Source: Chiloscyllium plagiosum
Lineage: Eukaryota
Direction of reading: 5' to 3'
Assembly (NCBI RefSeq): GCF_004010195.1
Contig: NC_057719.1
Coordinates: forward strand, 17,240,893-17,304,892
DNA: 64,000 bases
In this document: piece after piece, positions 37,050 through 49,970 of the stretch
Numbering within the stretch: position 1 is the stretch's first letter
Layout of the letters: each line of letters starts with the position of its first letter
The notes under the pieces: generated by a model
Told to the model about the DNA's origin: nothing
The model's database searches: none
The model's input: the letters and a program-made list of their open reading frames with translations, nothing else
Translations under genes and position numbers: made by a program

Positions 37050-37930
37050 ATACCAAGCACAAAGGAAAATGATTATGATTGGTGGAGTTCGATCATCTCA
37101 GTCCAAGACAATGCTATAGGAGTTACTCAGGGTAGTGTTCCAGTCTCACACTGCTTCAACTGTCACTGACCCTCCATCAAATGGTCAGATATAGGAACTG
37201 CACTGATGATCACACAATGTTCAGTTCCTTTCTCTGATACCTCAGATACTAAAGCCATCCATATCCACATGCAGAAAATACTCAGGCTTGGTCTGAAAAA
37301 TGGCAACTGACCACATAAGCACCAAGAAGTAACTAACTCCAGAAGGGGAGAATGTAATTATCTTCCCATGACATTCAATAACATTCTGATCACTGAATCC
37401 CCCACTATCAACCTCTAGAAGACCATAGTGACCGAGAACTTTGCTGGAATAGCCATATAAATGCTGTGGGGACGAGAGTGTGTCAAATTCTAGGTATTCT
37501 CCCGAGTAACTCACGTTCACCAATGCCTATCTATTATCTACATGGCACAAGTCAGGAGTGTAATGGAATTTTCTCCACTGGCCTTTATGAGTGCAGCTTC
37601 AGCAACACGCAAGTATTGTGATACCATCCAGGACAGAGCAACCAGTTTGATTAGTATCCCAGTCACGACCTTCAGTACTCCTTGTACTGCCAATGCATAG
37701 TACCATGTACACATTTCTCTGCAGCATGACAGTAAAGCTCCTTCCAAATCTGTCACCTCTACCACAACTAGATCTCCATTCATTTCCAGTCTCTGGGTTC
37801 ACGTTGTCGAGTCCCCTTCCTAATAGCACTGTGGGTGTTCCTAGACAACATGCACTGCTGTGGTTGATGAGGGTGCTCACCACAATCTCCTCAGGATCAA
37901 TTAGGCAAGGGCAATAAATGGCAGGCAGCA
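37050..37930 (+). mobile_element. Old CR1/L2-clade LINE RT/3' fragment
   Basis: ggagttactcagggtagtgtt (GVTQGSV), ctgatgatcacaca (ADD-like), tail caattaggcaagggcaataaatg. Confidence 0.65.
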
Positions 37931-39371
37931 ACATTGATAAGCTGTGAAAGAATAAATAAACACAAAACAGTTCATGAAGTCCAATATGGTTTGGAAGTCT
38001 TTCACAGCAGAAGTGCAGTGCTGTGGCCTGGGTTGTGTTACAGACCAGATGGTGGAGGGGAAAGAGTTCAACGGTAGTTATGATGAAATCATTCAGAACA
38101 ACTATAACAGAGGCAGGAGAGAGAGAAAGATCTCTATGGGACCAGCGTAACTTCTGCGTCCCTGAAGAATAACAACAGCTGATATATGCTATAATGGATA
38201 GGCTTTTCATTGCAGCAAACTAAACTACCAACTAGAGCAATTCTTTCTTATTCATTCAGTGTATATGGACATTCCTGGCTGGGCCAGCATATATTGCCTG
38301 TCCATGTTTGCCTTTGAGAAGGTGGTGGTGAGCTGTCTTTCTTAAATCACTGCAACACTGAACCTACCCTGAAATGTTGTCCAGGTCTTGTTGTATTTGG
38401 TCATGGACTGCTTCAAATGCTGAGGATTTTTTGTTCATTCATTCAAGGATTTCACTGGGCTTCAGCACTTGTTGCCCATTCCTAACCTCCCAAAGGGCAC
38501 ATTGCTGTGGATCTCGAGTCATTTGTAGGCCAGACCAGGTAGCAACAGCAATTTCCTTCCTGAAAGGACATGAGCGGAACCAGATGGCTTTTCCCCAACA
38601 AGTGGCAATGGACTCTTAATTCCATAATTTTATTGAATTCAAATAGCATGGAGTCTCATTCCTTGGATCATCATCTGGGTGTTCGGCATGAATAGTTCAG
38701 TGATAATTTCACCAGACCATTGCTTCCCTATGAGCAACAGTGAGTCTTAGTCATTTTAATTGTCCACCAACAGTCACAACTGACTGTAGTGAGACTATAA
38801 TTTTGATCTGATCTGACTGTTATAGAATTGGTTAACTCTGTCCTTTGCATGCTGATGTTTAGCATGCATGTAGTTCTGGCCATACCTTCACCAGGTTAGC
38901 CCCTCAGTTTTAGCTTTAACCAGTGTGACTCCAGGATTACTTATTGATGCAGGTATGGTTCCTCTTGCTTAATAGTAGACCAATGCCAGGAAATGAGGTT
39001 ACAGATTCTGCTATTATTGGTGGCTCACAAAGCCTCAAGAGCACTCAGTTTTGAGCTATGGATCTGATCGGAATCGATCCTGTTCAGCGTGGTGATAATT
39101 CTATTCAATATAATGGACAGTGTCCTCAGACTTAAGTAGGTCTCTTTTCTCCTGTTCTGCACAATGCTCTCTCCTACCAAAACTGTTGTGATAATGAATA
39201 CTGCACCTATTTCTGCTGATAGTCAGCCAGTCACTCAGTGAGAAAGAGGTTGATGGTCAGACATACCAAGTGTACAGTTAACGAAACAAAAGGTTGCCCT
39301 GTTCTTAAAAATATTAAAAGCTTCAAGGAACAATAGATTCACCCTGTTTCCAATGTGCTGCTATGGTAGCC

Positions 39372-39495
39372 ATGATGTGGAGGTGCTGGTGTTGGACTGG
39401 GGTGGACAAACTCAGAAGTCACACGACACCTGGTTATAGTCCAACAGGTTTATTAAAAATCACCAGCCTTCAGAGCACCTCTCCTTTGTTAAGTG
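39372..39495 (-). mobile_element. PLE pLTR fragment (second family)
   Basis: catgatgtggaggtgctggtgttggactggggtggacaaa...ggttatagtccaacaggttt; matches 55470-55542 in reverse. Confidence 0.75.
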
Positions 39496-41629
39496 AAATG
39501 AGAGCATGTGGAGGTCGAATTTCAACAAAATGATCGCAGACTCAAATTATGGTGCAAAATTCTAATCACATAACATCAGCAGGTTTTGATGCTATGAAAG
39601 TGATGTTAGGCATCCTATTTTAATTGCACTGATTGAGAATAATCTTCTTCATGTAAAATCACATGATTCTCACTATCAGTACCCTGAGTTCAAGTTCAAC
39701 AATAAACTATTCAATTTGCCTTTCTTTTTCCTTTATTAGTTTTAATCGCAGATGATTATAATCTCTGCAAGCAACCACTTGAAGTGATCAAAAAAAGTTC
39801 AGGGCTCTGGGTAAAAAGCAGGGATTTGGAACAACTTGGGAAACACTTTCAAAGTGATAGCACGGGCAAAGGGCTGAATGGCCTCATTCTTTGCAGTGGG
39901 GCACGGCAATGTATGATGACCGAAATTAATGTAATTACATTTACTCATTAACCTGAAGGGTTTGAGTGATTTTGTGATATGATTGTGAGAGGTTTTCCTG
40001 AGTAAGGGGCTATAGGATTTAGTTAGCCCTTTAACTCAGTACCCAAAGGATCAGTCACTAACCCTCAGCTTTTAAAGCAATTGCCTTTTAAAACAACAAA
40101 TCGCCCTAATAAAGAAGAATAGACCTTGAATTATTTTTGCCATTTTTTCGAGGGCATAAATGCTGGGATTTGTAGTAGAAACAGAAATCACTTTGAGCAA
40201 GCTCTAATGGATTATAAAAGTTGCAGTTCATATTCTGTGGTGAGGATAATTCTGCTTATCAATAAATGAAAAAGGAGGTGGCAATGAGGCATCTCGTTTA
40301 GCAAGAGGTCATAGTGCTGCCCATGAGAGGAGTCTGTGAGCTGTGCGTGGACTTTGCCTATTCTCACGAGCAGGTAGTCCTTCAGCAGCCTCAATCTGCT
40401 TTTCCCAACAACATGAGCTGGGATTCACAATTAGCTGTAATAATTCAAACTAGACAGTTGTCCTGGAATATGACTATGCAGGCACACCTGATCACATTAA
40501 TGCATGGCGGCTGAAATCCCTGAGGAGTACAAGGTACCTCAGTGCCTCCTGGTACCGTGACTTATCTGAGCTTTTTGCTTTAGGTAGATTAATCAAACAG
40601 TCTACTGGACTCTAATTGGATGACAATCTGCTTCTGAGGGTCTGCTGAATGGGAAGATTTTCCCTTTTCTCTTTAATTTCTTATCTCTCCTTTTATTTTT
40701 CTTCCCTTCGTGTGCTTCCGAAGATATATCACTCTTCTCTGTTCTCTTTTTATCTGTTATCATTACTTTTCTGTTATTACTGATTTCTTTTCTCATTATC
40801 CTGCAGCGGTTGGGGGAGGATTAAATAGTTGGTTTTGTTGCAAGTATGTCCTGTGTGTAATTATATATGAAGACATGTAACTTCGGTAGCTGTGTGTCAG
40901 TAGATGGATGGAATGACTGTGACAATGGCGGTGAGTGAGTTTAAGAGTGTTGGATTCAAAAGTGGAACTGCTGCTTAAAATGGAATGCATTTCACAAGTG
41001 AAGGTGACAAAATGACTCATAAACAGCATGCTGGATTAGGAGCTGTGACGAAGAAAGACTGAGTTGACCCCATACCACCGAGAACTCTTTCTAAACGACA
41101 AGTTTTGGAGTCAAATCTGAAATTCAAATAAAGCATTATTATTTCATTATCATGTGAAATCGATTGTAGTTCTGGTGATGGCAGAGGCCACACTTAATCT
41201 TTCCATATCCCTGGAGATGTTTCTGTCTTCCCCCTCCCAACTTGAAACTCAAGCCCCGTGGAAACAGAATTGGATATTTTGAGCATTTACAGAGTCTGCC
41301 AACTGCCTATCGAAGTGAAGTTAAATCAAGTGATGTTTCAAAGCACTGAGTGGTAAGGTGGTAGCTTTCGGTGCCCATCGGAGGAAACGTGGTGACTAAT
41401 ATAATGGAGGTTCTTCTCCCTTTGAGAGATGGAACATAGGAGGATGAATCATCAAAGTCTGCTCGTGTGCACCTCCTGGTGCCTAGTTACATGGCTTGGC
41501 CAACCGAAATTTCTCATGATAGGTTTGCTGCATTCGTTTGCAACACTGAAGTCTCGGCTCGTCAAGAACCAGGGAAGTGGCTTCCTCAGTTGCAGCTCAG
41601 TGCGTATCACTGAAGGTTGGGACTTCGAG

Positions 41630-43130
41630 ATATATAAACTAGGAGGAGATTGTGAGACTTACCATCAATATGTTCATAGCTGATCTTCTATCTCAACACC
41701 ATACTCCTGCTCTCTACCCATAACTCCGAAGGCCTTTAGAAATCTATCCGTTTCTTTGTTAAGTATGTTCTGTGATTTGACCACCTCAGCAGTAGAGAAT
41801 TTACAATGTCCATCACTCACTAAATGAAGATATTTCTCATCATCTCAGTCCAAAATGGCCTACACTCTATCCTGAGATTGTGACTCCTTGTTCCAAACAA
41901 CACCCTCCCAGACAGAGGATCCTTTATAATAGATTCTAGAAATATTAGACTAACCAGTCAGTAATTCCAGTTTTCTCCCCTCCTCCTTTTTTAAAAAGTG
42001 GGGTTAAATTAACTCCTCCCTATCTGCCAGGATCATTCCAGAATCTATTAAATCTTGAAAGTTGACAACCAATGATCCATTTTTCCAAACCATCTCCTTT
42101 CATGCTCTGGTATGTAGATTAGAGATTTATCATCTTTCAGTCCCATTAATTTCTCCAGCACTTATTTTCACTCATACTAGATTTCTTTAATCCCTCCTTC
42201 TCCCTGGAACCTTGGTTTCCCAACATTTCTGAAAATTTATTTGTACATTCTCCTGTGAAGACAAAACTAAAGAAACTGTTCAAAGGCCCTGCCATTTCCT
42301 TGTTCTCCATGATAGCCATGATGTGGAGGTGCTGTGAGGCCTACATTTGTCTTCACAAACATTTTTCTTTTCACAAACTTTTGGAAACATATTATAGTTT
42401 GCTTTTATGTTCTTTGCAAGCTTACTCTCATAGTCTAGTTTTCACCTCACAATCAATCTTCATTCCTCCATTGCTGAATTGGAAATTGCTCCCAATCCTC
42501 AAGCTTGTGACTTTTTCTAACAACTTTATATGATTCCTATTTGGATCGGAGGCTATCCTTAATATTTTTCATTAGCAATGGCTGGGCTGATCCTGTTGTG
42601 TGTTTGCACCAGAAAGGAATGTATCATTTCTGCGACACATGCATTCATTCCTTGATATTAATGACTTGGAAGGAGCAAGTGATTGTACTGTAGTGAAATT
42701 TGCAGACAACACAAAAATGGGTAGAAAAATGTAGGTTCCAAAAGGGATACTAATAGTTTACTGAGAGATATTGATAAGTTAAGCAAATGGGTATGAGGTT
42801 GCCAAATATTAGTCATCGCCTAGCCACCAACGTGCGATTTAATGATGTTGCCCAATCTATCAGAGCCTACTCACCTTTCATACTAAGGTAGTTTCCTTGG
42901 TTCAGATTTAGACTCTCATTTTGTATTAGTCTACTTCACTCTTGACCTCCATGACGAATTCTCATACGTTCTAGTCACTATTCCTGACAGGATCTTACAC
43001 AACTAGATTATTCATGAACCCCTTCTCATTAAACATTTGTAAGCCTGGTTGGTTCCTCAATATACTGGTGTGAAAAAAAATCCTTTACACGCACCAGGAA
43101 TTCATTCACTACAGTTCAAGACCAACATAA
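41630..43130 (-). mobile_element. Cluster of old CR1 fragments, mostly minus, with a plus-strand RT piece at 42655-42808
   Basis: CR1 tail at 41630-41920; INDLEGASDCTVVKFADNTKMG on + strand. Confidence 0.65.
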
Positions 43131-43294
43131 TCTATTGCTTAGCACTTAAGTGCAATGTTGAGGGAGAATATGGTGTCAGAGATGCCCTCTTTCTGATGAG
43201 ACTCAAGTCCAATGTCATGTCTGTCCTCTCAGATAAATGTGAAAGATTCTGTGGCAGCATTTGTAGAAGAGTAAAAGAAGTCTCACAAGTGCCA

Positions 43295-44155
43295 TAGAGA
43301 TATTCAGCATGGAAACAGATGCTTTGGACCGACTGGAGCATGCCGACCAGATATCTTAAATTAATCTAGTCCCATTTGCCAGCATTTGGCCCATGTTCCT
43401 CTAAACCCTTCCTATTCATATACCCATCCAGTTGCCTTTTAAATATTGTAGTTGTACCAGCCTCCATCATTTCCTCTGGCACTTCATTCCATAAACACAC
43501 CACCCTCTGCATGAAAAAATTGCCCCTTAGGTCCATTTTAAATGTTTCCTCATATACCCACCCAGTTGCCTTTTAAATATTGTAGTTGTACCAGCCTCCA
43601 CCATTTCCTCTGGCACTTCATTCCATAAACACACCACCCTCTGCATGAAAAAATTGCCCCTTAGGTCACACCACCCTCTGCATGAAAAAATTGCCCCTTA
43701 GGTCCATTTTAAATGTTTCCCTCTCATTTTAAACCCATGCCCTCTAATTTTGGATTTCCTTATTCTGGGGATAAGACCTTGACTATTTACCCTATCCATG
43801 CCCCTCATGATTTTGTAAACTTCTATAAGGTCACCCCTCAACCTTCGATGCTCCAGGGAAAATAACCCCAGCTTATTCGGCGTCTACTCATAGCTCAAAC
43901 CCGCCAATCCTGACAACATCCTTGGAAATCTTTTCTGAACCTTTTCAAGTTTAAAGACATCTTCCCTATATCAGGGAAACCAGAACTGAACACAGTACTT
44001 CAAAAGTGGCACAACCAATGTCCTGTACAGCCGATACATGACATCCCAACCCCAATACTCAATGCATTGACCAATAAAGGCAAGTCTACCAAACACTTTC
44101 TTTATTACTCTTTCTACTTGTAAGCCATTTCAAGGAACTATGAAACTGGACGCCC
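43295..44155 (-). mobile_element. HER1 LINE 3' fragment inserted in a Deu-SINE (43135-43292 and 44160-44275), with internal duplications
   Basis: HER1 tail cagcatggaaacagatgc..catgccgaccagatatc; Deu core gtgcaatgttgagggag..gatgccctctttctgatgagac upstream. Confidence 0.85.
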
Positions 44156-44563
44156 TTCCAAACTGTTATTCCTCAACCTACAGCTAAATAAGGATTAGCT
44201 GGTTTTTTATCACATTTCCAGTTATGCAATTTGACCACAGCATTTCCTATATTACAATCTGACTGCACACTAGACTACACCAAGTGCAGAATACTCTTCA
44301 CAAAATAGTTTTACCTCAAATTTTATGCTTCATCTGAAACACTTTGATCTCAAAATATTTGCAACTCATTACTTCTATCAATGTTTCCCAGATTTTACAG
44401 GTTTCAAAAATGTAAACTTGAAACTGCCTTACTAACTTTTCAGAATTTATCTCAGTTATCCCTCAATCAAGACAATACAGGCAATTTGGTTGCCTATCTC
44501 ATTGATGCTTGTGTCATATCTCTGTGTGTACAATGGCTGTTGTGATTCCTATAATACAATGCA

Positions 44564-44747
44564 GTTGAAACTTTATTGCTGGAACAGCACAGCAGGTCAG
44601 GCAGCATCCAGGGAACAGGAGATTCGACGTTTCGGGCACAGGCCCTTCTTCAGGAATCAAATGTTCCCTGGATGCTGCCTGACCTGCTGTGCTGTTCCAG
44701 CAATAAAGTTTCAACTTTGATCTCCAGCATCTGCAGACCTCACTTTC
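44564..44747. mobile_element. PLE micro-insertion: perfect 54-bp inverted repeat with 17-bp TSD, inside a Deu-SINE tail
   Basis: Arms 44564-44617 and 44662-44715 are exact reverse complements; tcctataatacaatgca at 44547-44563 and 44748-44764. Confidence 0.93.
44621..44658 (-). ncRNA. Minimal type I hammerhead ribozyme with intact core
   Basis: GATTC-CTGAAGA-A-GGGC(CTGT)GCCC-GAAA-CG-TC/GAATC: 5-bp stem I, 4-bp stem II, palindromic ACGT stem III, GUC cleavage triplet. Confidence 0.85.
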
Positions 44748-44914
44748 TCCTATAATACAATGCAACCACACATCAAAAGGACTGCATTTGCTGTGAATCC
44801 AGTTGGGATATGCTGAGATTGTGCAAGTTGCTACATAAATGGCACATCTATTTATTCAATTGCTCAATAGTAAGGAATTCAAAGATAACACCAAAAGTTT
44901 CATTTCCACTTATT

Positions 44915-45240
44915 AGGATGAGGGGCATGGATAAGGTGAATAGCCAAGGTATTTTTCCCAGGATGGGGGAGTCTAAAACTAGAGGCTATAGGTTAGAGAG
45001 GAGAGGGGAAAGACTCAGAAAGGACCTTCGGGACAATGTTTACACACAGAGGGTGGTGCATGTGTGAGCTGGGAGAGGAGGTGATGGAGGCTAGTACAAT
45101 TACAACATTTAAAGGCATCTGAATGGGTACATGAATAGAAAGGGGTCAGATGCTAGCAAATGGGACTAGATTAGTTTAGGGTATCTGATAGGCATGGATG
45201 AGTTGGGTTTATTTCTGTGCTTTGTAACTCTATGACTCAA
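44915..45240 (+). mobile_element. HER1 LINE 3' end
   Basis: MRGMDKVNSQGIFPRMGESKTRG..YTQRVV; ctctatgactc tail. Confidence 0.85.
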
Positions 45241-45382
45241 AAAGCAAAATAAAACAACTTTAGACAGAAAGCAGAAATTTATAAAGCAAGAGAAAAGGGT
45301 ACTGATTGATTGTATTATGGTTAATATGAAGACACAGCACAAACCAGTACTACCTAAGTTAACTGATCACCGCCAAACTATG

Positions 45383-46915
45383 GAGTGGTGATGGCCCAGT
45401 GGTATTATCACGAGACTCGGATAATATTCTGGGGAAAGTGAGAACGGCAGATGCTGGCGATCAGAGTTGAGAGTGTAATGCTGGAAAAGCACAGCAGGTC
45501 AGGCAGCATCCAAGGAGCAGGAGAATCAAAGTTTTGAGCAAAAGCCCTTCATCAGGAATGAGGCTTGAGAGCCGAGGACTGGAGAGGTAAACTAGAGAGG
45601 GGTGGGGCTAGGGGAAAGTGAGCTGAGAGTGCGATAGGTAAATGAAGGTGGGGGTAATGGTGATAGAGGAAGATGGAGCGGATCGGTGGGAAGGAAGATG
45701 GACAGGTAGGATGGGTCATAAGTGTGGTACTGAATTGGAAGGTTGGATCTGGGATAAGATGAGGGGAGGAGAAATAAGGAAACTGGTGAAATCCACATTG
45801 ATCCGAGGTGGAAAATGAGACGTCCTTCCTCCAGGCATCGGGTGGTTAGGGTGTGACAGTGGAGGAGGCCAAGGAACTGCATGTCCACACCTCCTATTAA
45901 CCNNNNNNNNNNNNNNNNNNNNNNNNNNNNAGGAGTTGCAAAACCTGTGCCCATATCCCCCCCCCCCCCCCACCTCTGTCCAAGACCCCAAAGGAAGCTT
46001 CCACATATATTAGTTTTACCTGCACTTCCACACATGTCATTTACTGTATCCGTTGCTCCCGATGTGGTCTCCTCTACATTGAGGAGACAGGACACCTGCT
46101 TGCAGAGTGCTTCAGAGAACATCTCCGGGGCACCTGCACCAACCAACCCCACTGCCCCAGGGCGGAACATTTCAACTCCCCCTCCCACTCTGCCAAGAAC
46201 ATGCAGGTCTTGGGCCATCTCCATTGATAAACCTTAACCATCCTACGACTGGAGGAAGAACACCTGATCATCCACTTTGGGACCCTCCAACCACACAGGA
46301 TCAATGTGGATTTCACCAGTTTCCTCCTCCCACCTTATCCCAGATCCAAGCTTTCAACTCTGCACTGCCCTCATGACCTGTCCTACCTGTCCCTCTTCCT
46401 TCCCACCTATNNNNNNNNNNNNNNNNNNNNNNNNNNNNNNNNNNNNNNNNNNNNNNNNNNNNNNNNNNNNNNNCATTTATCTCTCCAGCACCCCGGCTCA
46501 CAAGCCTCATTCCTGATGAAGGGCTTTTGCCCGAAACATCGATTCTTCTGCTCCTCAGATGCTGCCTGACCTGCTGTGCTTTTCCAGCACCACACTCTCA
46601 AGTCTAATATTCTGGGGAGCCAGGTTCAAACCCCCACTGTGCCAGATGGTGGAATTTGAAATCAATGAAACGTAAAAATCTGGAATAAAGGGTTAACTGC
46701 TGACCATGATAATGTTGCCAGTTGTTGGAGGGAAATCCCTATTTGATTCATTCATTTCCTTTAGGATGGAAATAGCTGTCCTTACCTGCTCTGCCTGACA
46801 TGAGACTCCAGAACACATAGCCATGTGGTTGACTCTCCGCTGCCCTTTGTCAATTAGTGATGGGAAATGAATGTTGGCCTAGCCAGGGATACCCACAACA
46901 CCATGAATGAACTTT
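45383..46915 (+). mobile_element. tRNA-derived SINE split by a PLE insertion
   Basis: Head gatggcccagtggtattatcac (45390), resumes ggttcaaacccccac..gatggtggaatttgaa (46623), tail gggaaatgaatgttggcctagccag..catgaatgaa. Confidence 0.7.
45435..46604 (+). mobile_element. Penelope-like element (Neptune type): GIY-YIG C-terminus plus pLTR, with inverted pLTR copy upstream; 14-bp TSD
   Basis: + frame from ~46016 FTCTSTHVIYCIRCSRCGLLYIEETGHLLAECFREHLR; 45435-45900 is the reverse complement of 46170-46600; taatattctgggga at 45422-45435 and 46605-46618; gaps 45903-45930 and 46411-46473. Confidence 0.9.
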
Positions 46916-47034
46916 GAAAAAGAAATCAAGTCTGTCAACTTTGACTCATTGGGACATTATCATGGAGAGGCAGTAGGTGATAAGTTGTCTTGAAGCACCT
47001 TTTTGACAGAAGTGCAATGTATGGAAAATTCCTT

Positions 47035-47510
47035 TTATAAGAATGTAAGAACTAGGAGCAGGAGTAGGCTGTCTGGCCCATCGAGCCTGCTCCCCCATTC
47101 AATAAGATCATGGCTGATCTTTTCATGGCCTCAGCTCCACTTACCCACCCTTTCACTATAACCCTTAATTCCTTTATGTTTAAGAAATTATATATCTTAG
47201 CTTTAAAATATTTACTGAGGAAGCCTCAACCACTTCACTGGGCAGGGATTTCAATAGATTCACAACCCTCTGGGTAAAGAAGTTCCTTGTCAATTCAGTC
47301 CTAAACCTGTTCCTCCTAATTTTGAAGCTATGCCCTCTTGTCGCAGTTTCACCTGTCAGTGGAAACATCTTCTCTACTTCTATCTTACCTATTCCCTTCC
47401 TAATTTTATATGTTTCAAAGATTCCTCATCATTCTTCTAAATCCCAATGAATATAATCCCAGTCTACTCAATCTCTCCTCATAAGCCAACCCCCTCATCT
47501 CTGGAATCAA
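47035..47510 (-). mobile_element. CR1 LINE 3' end
   Basis: ORF 47180-47368 MFPLTGETATRGHSFKIR..RNFFTQRVVNL; tail taagaactaggagcaggagtaggc. Confidence 0.88.
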
Positions 47511-48519
47511 TCTGCACTCTGAAAGAACAGAACCTAGTGAGTGAATAAATGTAACCTCTAGCACATGCACATAAACCACACTATGAGCCTGCCTAATAAT
47601 CTTAAATTGGTTAATTATTCATTTAGTTTCTTCTTTCTTTTTCCTTAAAAGTGTAAGATTCTCCGGGTCTGGCACAGACACTGCAGCCTGAAGAGGGGTA
47701 ACTCCTGAAACCTTGACTTCTTCACCTCCTGATGCTGCCTGGCTTGCTGTGTCCTTCTAGCCTTCTGCCTATCTACCACAGGTAGTGTAGCAACCAGCAA
47801 GCCCTAACGTCAGTAACTTACAACTCATACAACTGATTCAATATCATCATGAACTGTGCAGCATTTTGGCGGTAAAATTCATGGTTATTTCTGTAAGGCA
47901 CTTAATGAAAGTTAAGTGACTATGCACATCCTAACTAGCAGATACACTGTAAATGATTTATTCATCCCCCCCCCATAACAATCGGTTAGTTTACCTGTGA
48001 GAGATGTGAAACTTCAACCAATGCCAGTTTTTTAATGAAATGTGACTTATATGGAGGGAAGTACATTGTGCACCAAATATTGTGGAAAAAATGACTACTT
48101 CATTCTTGCTGGCTATTTTTTATTTCTGAGATTGTTCCAGCTTTACACATTTGGCAATGAATACATCGGCAGAAAATCTAAGGAATATCAGAAGAATGAG
48201 AAGTCATAGGGATGGAAATTTATCATCTCCTCCTTGTGACTTATCATTTTGGCTCACTTATAAAAATACATATTGTATGACACAGTTGCCGTGGAGGCCT
48301 TATGTTTCAGTAATAGCTGAGTCGGACACTTTTGGATTGACTACCACTCCAAAGTTGACAGCTAAGGAAGGCACATTCATCACCTGGTCAAACAAGTCAA
48401 TTAGCAACCTGCAAGTCCTTCCAGCAGATTCCAAAGGCAGGTAAGAGTGGGATAGATTCCTGGTCAGTCACATGCTGGAAAGAACATTGGAGTCTTTACC
48501 ATCAGTATCCACATAACCG

Positions 48520-48952
48520 CACAGCACGGTGGCTCAGTGGTTAGCACTGCTGCCTCACAGCGCCAGGGACCTGGGTTCAATCAAGATTAGAGTGGTGCTG
48601 GAAAAGCACAGCAGGTCAGGCAGCATCCAAGGGAGCAGGAAAATAGACATTTCAGGCAAACCAGGGTTCAATTCCCGCCTTGGGTAACTGTGTGGAGTTT
48701 GCATATTCTCCCCGTGTCTGCGTGGATTTCCTCCAAGTGCGCTGGTTTCCTCCCACAATCCAAAGATGTGCACGTCAGGTGAATTAGCCATGCTAAATTG
48801 CCCAGGGGTGTTCAGGATTTGTAGGTTAAGTGCATTAATCAGGGGTAAAGGTAGAGTAATGGGGAATAGGTTTGGGTAGGATATTCTTTGGGGAATTGGT
48901 GTGGACTTGTTGGGCTGAAGGGCCTGTTTCCACACTGTAGGGATTCTATACT
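48520..48952 (+). mobile_element. HE1 V-SINE with PLE fragment (48582-48660) inserted at the B-box
   Basis: cc(t/a)gggttcaat duplicated at 48570-48581 and 48661-48672 around caagattagagtggtgctggaaaagcac.. Confidence 0.88.
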
Positions 48953-49129
48953 ATAACGTGGGGTGAAAATACATGGCGTCACAGCCACTGGGATTCTCTG
49001 AGGGATCAGAAATACATACCATCACAATCACTAGTCTGCATTATGGACCTACCACAGCTAATACTGTCCTTGTTACACTCTTCACTCTTCATCAGATATA
49101 CCTAACACCCTACATTTATCATGCTTTAT

Positions 49130-49735
49130 GACCAACCAGCATTTGCACAGTACCTTTAGTGTATTAAAACATCTGAAGACAATTCACAAAGGAAGTTTGA
49201 AGGGCTCTTATGGTTCAGCAGTAGTGTCACTAACTCAGAAACAGGAGGCCCGAGTTCAAGTCCCACCTGCTCCAGTGGTGTGTAATAACATCTCTGAACA
49301 GGATGATTTGAAAAAGTATCAAAGAAAATCTGACAACAGGTCACTTAACAATAGTAAAACAGGTGGGCAATGCCAATGTTTAGTCAAAGCTGAAAGAGTT
49401 GTGGATTGTCTTAAAGGGTGAGAGCAAGGTCGCAAAGCAGAAAGGTTTAGGGAAGCAATTCCATAGGTTGGAGGCCAGATATCCAGAGCTCCTGCCATTA
49501 ATACAATGGCAGAGAAAATTGAGAATCCACAAAAGGCTGGAACTGGGTGAATACAGATCTTTGCATTATTACAGGGCTGAAGCAGCTTGCATTGACACAG
49601 AGAGAGAAAGTAATGGAAGAATTTGTAAACAAGGATGAGATTTTAAAACTATTGCTGGACCAGATGTCACATAAGTGTCTGAACAGAGAGGTGATATAAG
49701 GTGAATTAGAATATGTGCAGAAGATGGCCCAAGCC
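49130..49735 (-). mobile_element. L2-clade LINE 3' end with a short tRNA-derived SINE nested (49203-49315, + strand)
   Basis: aaaggtttagggaagcaattccataggttggagg is a typical L2 3' reverse motif; nested gagttcaagtcccacctgctccag B-box. Confidence 0.6.
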
Positions 49736-49784
49736 ATATCCTTAGTATATATATCATATGCTTGAATACTGTGTACTGTGTATG

Positions 49785-49970
49785 CAGGGCATGGAATGCC
49801 CTGCCTGCCAATGTAGTTAACTCAGCCACATTAGGGGCATTTAAACAGTCCTTGGATAAGCAAATGGATGATGATGGATAGTGTAGGGGAATGGGCTTAG
49901 ATTAGTTCACAGGTTGGCGCAACATTGAGGGCCGAAGGACCTGTTCTGCGCTGTATTGTTCTATGTTCTA
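49785..49970 (+). mobile_element. HER1 3' end, same subfamily as 13900-14095
   Basis: tggaatgccctgcctgccaatgtagttaactcagccacattaggg nearly identical to 13910-13955. Confidence 0.85.

Noticed and set aside
37599..38210. 203-aa minus-strand ORF
   Set aside because: Half is antisense to an old LINE 3' region; no recognisable domain
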